A DNA stretch of 32,000 nucleotides from Methanocaldococcus jannaschii DSM 2661 (lineage in GTDB: Archaea > AGJL01 > Methanococci > Methanococcales > Methanocaldococcaceae): assembly GCF_000091665.1 (NCBI RefSeq), contig NC_000909.1, forward strand, positions 1,116,629-1,148,628. The letters run 5' to 3'. Position 1 is the first letter of the stretch. Every line of letters begins with the position of its first letter. Shown here one piece after another: positions 28,479 to 32,000 of the stretch. Below the pieces are notes generated by a model. It was not told the origin of the DNA, ran no database searches, and saw only the letters and a list, made by a program, of their open reading frames with translations. Made by a program: the position numbers and the translations under genes.

Positions 28479-29579
28479 TTATTTTAAGTTTTCTTTAATC
28501 ACCCTGGCTATAGCTCTACTTAAAGCCACAGGAACACTTTCCCCAATCTGATTATAACAGCTTCTTATACCTCCAGCGAATAGATGGTAATCAGGATAAC
28601 TCATCAACCTTGCCTGTTCTCTTGGTGTCAATAATCTATCTTCATAAGGGTGGATAAAGAACCTCTTACCCATAACTGTCTCAGCTAATTTAAGTGGATG
28701 CAACCTTATATAATTCCCCAACCTTCTATTGGCTCCTTTGAAATAGATAAATGCATCTCCCCAACCTAATTTATGGACTCTCTTCCTAAACCTTGCAGGT
28801 AGAGCGGCGAATTCATGATTTGGGACATCTCTACCTTTATACATTAAATCTCCTATTGCCTCAATAACAGTTTTTGGCTGAGTTTTTTCTGGGTTAATTT
28901 CTATGTTTGAAACAAAAACTCTTCTTCTAACAGATGGATTTCCGTAATCTTCAGCTCTTAAAGTGTTGAAATAAACGTCCTCATAACCAATTTCTCTAAA
29001 CTCTTTTATTATTGCCCCTCTAACTTCTTTAATACCAGGAACATTTTCCATAACAAATATTTTTGGTTGTAAATCTCCAACAATCCTTATATATTCTAAA
29101 ACTAATCTTCCAGTTTCGTCTTTATACAATCTATCATAAGGATTTTTCTCTCTCTTTGGATTAGCTCCTGTATAACCTTCACAGGGAGGACCGCCAATAA
29201 TAACATCTACTTTTTTATTTTTGATGAACTTTTCTATCTCAATTGCATGAATTTCTCTAATATCATCATTAATAACAACAGGACTTAATTTTTTGGTTTT
29301 TTCATTTAGTGTTCCCAGTCTTTTTAGCCACTTTATATCTTCCTCTTCAAAAGGAAATTTGAATGGGTAGATTCCAACATAGCCCTTTAATTCTTTCAAT
29401 TTGAATTCTCCAGGTCTTATTTTTTCATATATTTGACCATTAAAATTTAATGCATAAGAAAAAGCGGCATCTTCATTTAACTCTATAGCTACCAATGGCT
29501 CAAAACCCTCTTCCACGAACCCTCTTGAAAATCCCCCACATCCACAAAATAAATCAATAAATTTCAACATTATCACCAA
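28479..29579 (-). CDS. Cytosine-C5 methyltransferase (Dcm-type fold)
   Basis: Motif I FIDLFCGCGGFSRGF; motif IV GGPPCEGYT (catalytic Cys, with E in place of the usual Q); motif VI FVMENVPGI; motif X-like NQIGESVPV. The likely real start is ATG 29570 (MLKFIDLF); the track start is TTG 29579. Confidence 0.85.
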   Translation of the reverse strand: MVIMLKFIDLFCGCGGFSRGFVEEGFEPLVAIELNEDAAFSYALNFNGQIYEKIRPGEFKLKELKGYVGIYPFKFPFEEEDIKWLKRLGTLNEKTKKLSPVVINDDIREIHAIEIEKFIKNKKVDVIIGGPPCEGYTGANPKREKNPYDRLYKDETGRLVLEYIRIVGDLQPKIFVMENVPGIKEVRGAIIKEFREIGYEDVYFNTLRAEDYGNPSVRRRVFVSNIEINPEKTQPKTVIEAIGDLMYKGRDVPNHEFAALPARFRKRVHKLGWGDAFIYFKGANRRLGNYIRLHPLKLAETVMGKRFFIHPYEDRLLTPREQARLMSYPDYHLFAGGIRSCYNQIGESVPVALSRAIARVIKENLK

Positions 29580-29648
29580 AATAAAAGGTTATTTAAAAAA
29601 TAAAATAAATTTAAAAATTTAAATTAAATACCAAAAAAGCCAAATAAC

Positions 29649-29861
29649 TTATTGTGATTCTTGAGCTTTCTTTAACTCTGCCTTCATATCTTGATAGACT
29701 TTAGTCCATTTTAATTTTCTTGGATTTCTTCCCATTCTGTAGCTTTTCTCACATTTGGATGAGCAGAAATATAATACAGTCCCATCTTTTTCTACGACCA
29801 TTTTTCCTTTTCCTGGCTCAATTTCATAACCACAAAAGCTGCATGTTCTCCATTCTGGCAT
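29649..29861 (-). CDS. rpl24e: 50S ribosomal protein L24e
   Basis: 70 aa with a zinc-ribbon, [13 protein letters not shown] ... [10 protein letters not shown], typical of L24e. Confidence 0.92.
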   Translation of the reverse strand: MPEWRTCSFCGYEIEPGKGKMVVEKDGTVLYFCSSKCEKSYRMGRNPRKLKWTKVYQDMKAELKKAQESQ

Positions 29862-29918
29862 AGCTATCCCCCTTTAATAGTGTTTCAGTGATTTTAAAAT
29901 AATTTAAGATTAAATTAT

Positions 29919-30155
29919 TTATCTTCTTCTGTCTAATGGTCTTGCTTCTCTCTCTGTTTCTCTTAACATAATAATGTCTCCAACTTTAACTGGACCTTTA
30001 ACGTTTCTAACTAAAACTCTTCCAGTATCTTTTCCACCTAAGATTTTACATCTAACTTGTATAATTCCTCCAGTAACCCCTGTTCTACCAATGACTTCAA
30101 TAACTTCAGCAGCTACTGCTTCCTTATAAACAAATTCATCTTCCATCCTCATCAC
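29919..30155 (-). CDS. rps28e: 30S ribosomal protein S28e
   Basis: [59 protein letters not shown] is the S28e signature. ATG 30146 (MEDEF..) after GGTGATGA is an alternative start. Confidence 0.92.
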   Translation of the reverse strand: MMRMEDEFVYKEAVAAEVIEVIGRTGVTGGIIQVRCKILGGKDTGRVLVRNVKGPVKVGDIIMLRETEREARPLDRRR

Positions 30156-30266
30156 CTAATATTAATGAAGGTTTAAAATTTATAAAAAAGTTAGTAGTAG
30201 TGTTTCATAATTTATATAATAATAACTATATACTATTGATTGATGGTTAAATAGCGTTCTAATAAT

Positions 30267-30620
30267 TTACTGCTTCAAAACATTTACCTTTTCAATTAAT
30301 ACCTTTAACTCTTCAGCATCTCCTTCGTTGATGATAGCAACTGATGATGCAGCAACTTCCAATCCAGCAGCCTTACCTAAATCCTGCTTTGAAGCTACGT
30401 AAGCGTAAGGAATTCCTTTCTCTTCACATAAGTATGGGAGGTGAGCAACAACTTCTTCTGGTTTAACATCTTCAGCAATGATAACTAATTTTGCGATACC
30501 TCTTTCAACTGCCTTTGTAACTTCGTTAGCTCCTTTTTTGATTTTTTGTGCTTTTGCAACTGCATCTAATAGCTCTTTTTGAATTTCTTCTGGAACTTTA
30601 AATTTTACATAAACTGCCAT
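30267..30620 (-). CDS. rpl7ae: 50S ribosomal protein L7Ae (K-turn-binding protein of the ribosome, C/D and H/ACA RNPs, RNase P)
   Basis: [52 protein letters not shown]... gives 117 aa from ATG 30620 (SD GGAGG 9 nt upstream). The ORF track uses an upstream TTG at 30629. Confidence 0.93.
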
Positions 30621-30648
30621 GTCTTTCAACCTCCTTCATCTCTTTGCT

Positions 30649-30792
30649 AAAAAATGGGCAATCCGGAGGGAATTGCCCACTCCTACAGGGCTTTTGCACT
30701 TGTTGATATTTATAAGGAATTTTGCATCTATAAGGTGCATATTTTTATATAAGAAATATTTTCCTGCAAAAGCCCTGTAGTTATCATCGTGG
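30649..30792 (-). promoter_or_regulatory. Structured rpl7ae 5' leader: K-turn-like motif closing a 16-bp perfect helix, then a GC hairpin with CCCUCC loop followed by U6
   Basis: Minus-strand RNA: CCAC-GAUGAUAA-[CUACAGGGCUUUUGCA ..66 nt.. UGCAAAAGCCCUGUAG]-GA-GUGG (plus 30677-30792). This is followed by GGGCAAU-UCCCUCCGG-AUUGCCC (30656-30678) and UUUUUU (30649-30654). The RBS GGAGG and the ATG lie about 20-30 nt further on. Confidence 0.55.
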
Positions 30793-30826
30793 CTTAGAAT
30801 AGGTATAACAACATATTGACTTTTAG

Positions 30827-30835
30827 TATATAAAA
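30827..30835 (-). promoter_or_regulatory. TATA box (TTTTATATA) with AAAAG BRE-like element for the rpl7ae-rps28e-rpl24e transcription unit
   Basis: The minus strand reads AAAAG-TTTTATATA just after the hisG stop. The predicted TSS near 30802 lies about 10 nt before the CCAC-GAUGAUAA motif. Confidence 0.5.
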
Positions 30836-30848
30836 CTTTTGGGTAAGT

Positions 30849-31715
30849 TTATAAAATCCTCTCAATAGGCACCACCAATATATCTCTCGCTCCTAAAGCA
30901 TGAAGCTTAGGAACTAAGGTAAATATCTCATCCTCATTAACAACGGCATGAATAGCTACCATATTATCGTCAGATAAAACCTTAGAAACTGTTGGACCAG
31001 CCATTCCTGGAATTAATTTTCTAATCTCTTCGACTTTATCCTTTGGGGCATTCATCATAATTAATCTTTTTGTTTCAGCAAATAAAACACTTTTTATGGC
31101 AATAACTATTTGATTTATTTTTTCTCTTTTCTCTTTATCTTTTAAGCTGTTTTTGTTTGCTATTAATCTTGTAGTTGATGAGACAATTTCATCTATAACT
31201 TTTAACCTATTCAACCTTAAAGTTGTTCCTGTAGATGTTAAATCACTAATTAAATCAGCTATTCCTATGAATGGAGCTATCTCTGTTGCTCCACTAAGTT
31301 CAATAATCTCAACTTTCTTATTTAATTTTTCAAAGTATTTTTTTGTTAGGTTTGGGAATTCTGTTGCTACTCTCATCCCTTCTTTTATATCGTCTATGCT
31401 GTTTATATTTGAGCTCTCTGGAGCGGCTAAAACCAGTTTTGCAAATCCAAAACCAAAATCTAATAGGAAATCAACTTTATCTTCAACATTTCTCTCTAAA
31501 ACTAAATCATAGCCAGTTACTCCTATATCTGCAACACCATCAGCCACAAACTCCGGAATATCTCTTGCTCTTGCAAACATTACTTTGATGTTGTCATCTA
31601 CAGTGTTAGCAAATAAACTTCTTCCCTTAACTGTAATCTTTAATCCTGCCTTCTCTAAAACTTTCATTACTGGCTCTGAAATCCTCCCTTTATTTGGTAA
31701 TGCAAACATTATCAT
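30849..31715 (-). CDS. hisG: ATP phosphoribosyltransferase (long form with C-terminal regulatory domain)
   Basis: 288 aa. Contains [41 protein letters not shown] and [30 protein letters not shown], which are HisG signatures. Confidence 0.9.
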   Translation of the reverse strand: MIMFALPNKGRISEPVMKVLEKAGLKITVKGRSLFANTVDDNIKVMFARARDIPEFVADGVADIGVTGYDLVLERNVEDKVDFLLDFGFGFAKLVLAAPESSNINSIDDIKEGMRVATEFPNLTKKYFEKLNKKVEIIELSGATEIAPFIGIADLISDLTSTGTTLRLNRLKVIDEIVSSTTRLIANKNSLKDKEKREKINQIVIAIKSVLFAETKRLIMMNAPKDKVEEIRKLIPGMAGPTVSKVLSDDNMVAIHAVVNEDEIFTLVPKLHALGARDILVVPIERIL

Positions 31716-31736
31716 CTTCTCACGTAATTATTATAT

Positions 31737-32000
31737 TCATGTATTTGTATTTTTTATTTTGCATCTCTTTCGTTGAATTTCTTTTTTTATTTTTTCTCCA
31801 CTGACTCTAAGTAAGTTTGATACGCTTCTTGGGATTTTCCCATTATCAGATAAAATTTTTGCTATAATACTTGAAAGTAAAAAGATGGTATATATATGCT
31901 CTGCCTTTGTTCTGTGAATATGATGGGGATAGATATTTAACTCATCATACTCTTTAAATTCGTTATTGTCGCAATTATATTTTTTTTCGATATATTTTCT
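31737..32000 (-). CDS. Hypothetical protein, C-terminal 87 codons only (gene enters from the right edge)
   Basis: Not in the ORF track. The minus frame is open from 32000 to the stop TGA (plus 31737-31739): ..RKYIEKKYNCDNNEFKEYDELNIYPHHIHRTKAEHIYTIFLLSSIIAKILSDNGKIPRSVSNLLRVSGEKIKKEIQRKRCKIKNTNT*. No family recognised. Confidence 0.4.
   Translation of the reverse strand, partial: RKYIEKKYNCDNNEFKEYDELNIYPHHIHRTKAEHIYTIFLLSSIIAKILSDNGKIPRSVSNLLRVSGEKIKKEIQRKRCKIKNTNT

Overview
AT-rich archaeal chromosome segment. From gene content and protein sequences I recognise it (from memory, unverified) as Methanocaldococcus jannaschii or a very close relative, roughly the ribL to hisG neighbourhood. 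It is core metabolism rather than an obvious mobile or defence island: no integrase, transposase, cas genes or CRISPR array were found. Left third: glycosyltransferase, AI-2E permease, FAD synthetase RibL, a frameshifted lipoprotein-type solute-binding gene, a flavoprotein/small-protein/riboflavin-synthase operon, GAPOR, WtpA, a TIM-barrel isomerase, an ADP-ribosylglycohydrolase and a membrane protein. Centre: a dense selenoprotein cluster, hdrA-vhuD-vhuG-vhuA-vhuU-vhuB-fwdB, with five in-frame UGA (Sec) codons in four genes, each gene followed by a canonical archaeal 3'-UTR SECIS hairpin. Right third: leuA, an APC permease, thrS, a Zn-ribbon/S1/OB/DHH RecJ-like protein, a C5-methyltransferase plus SPOUT-like pair, rpl24e-rps28e-rpl7ae, hisG. 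The signals the ORFs do not explain are GC-rich structured islands in AT-rich spacers. (1) A candidate ~120-nt ncRNA on the minus strand at 12445-12567, with a consensus TATA box and an oligo-T stop. (2) A hairpin-bounded GC-rich insert at 1888-2041, sitting next to a displaced copy of the ribL 5' end that differs from the live gene only at synonymous sites. (3) A highly structured rpl7ae leader with a K-turn-like motif and an anti-SD loop. (4) Companion hairpins around the SECIS elements. (5) Several perfect 13-16-nt long-range inverted repeats upstream of genes.
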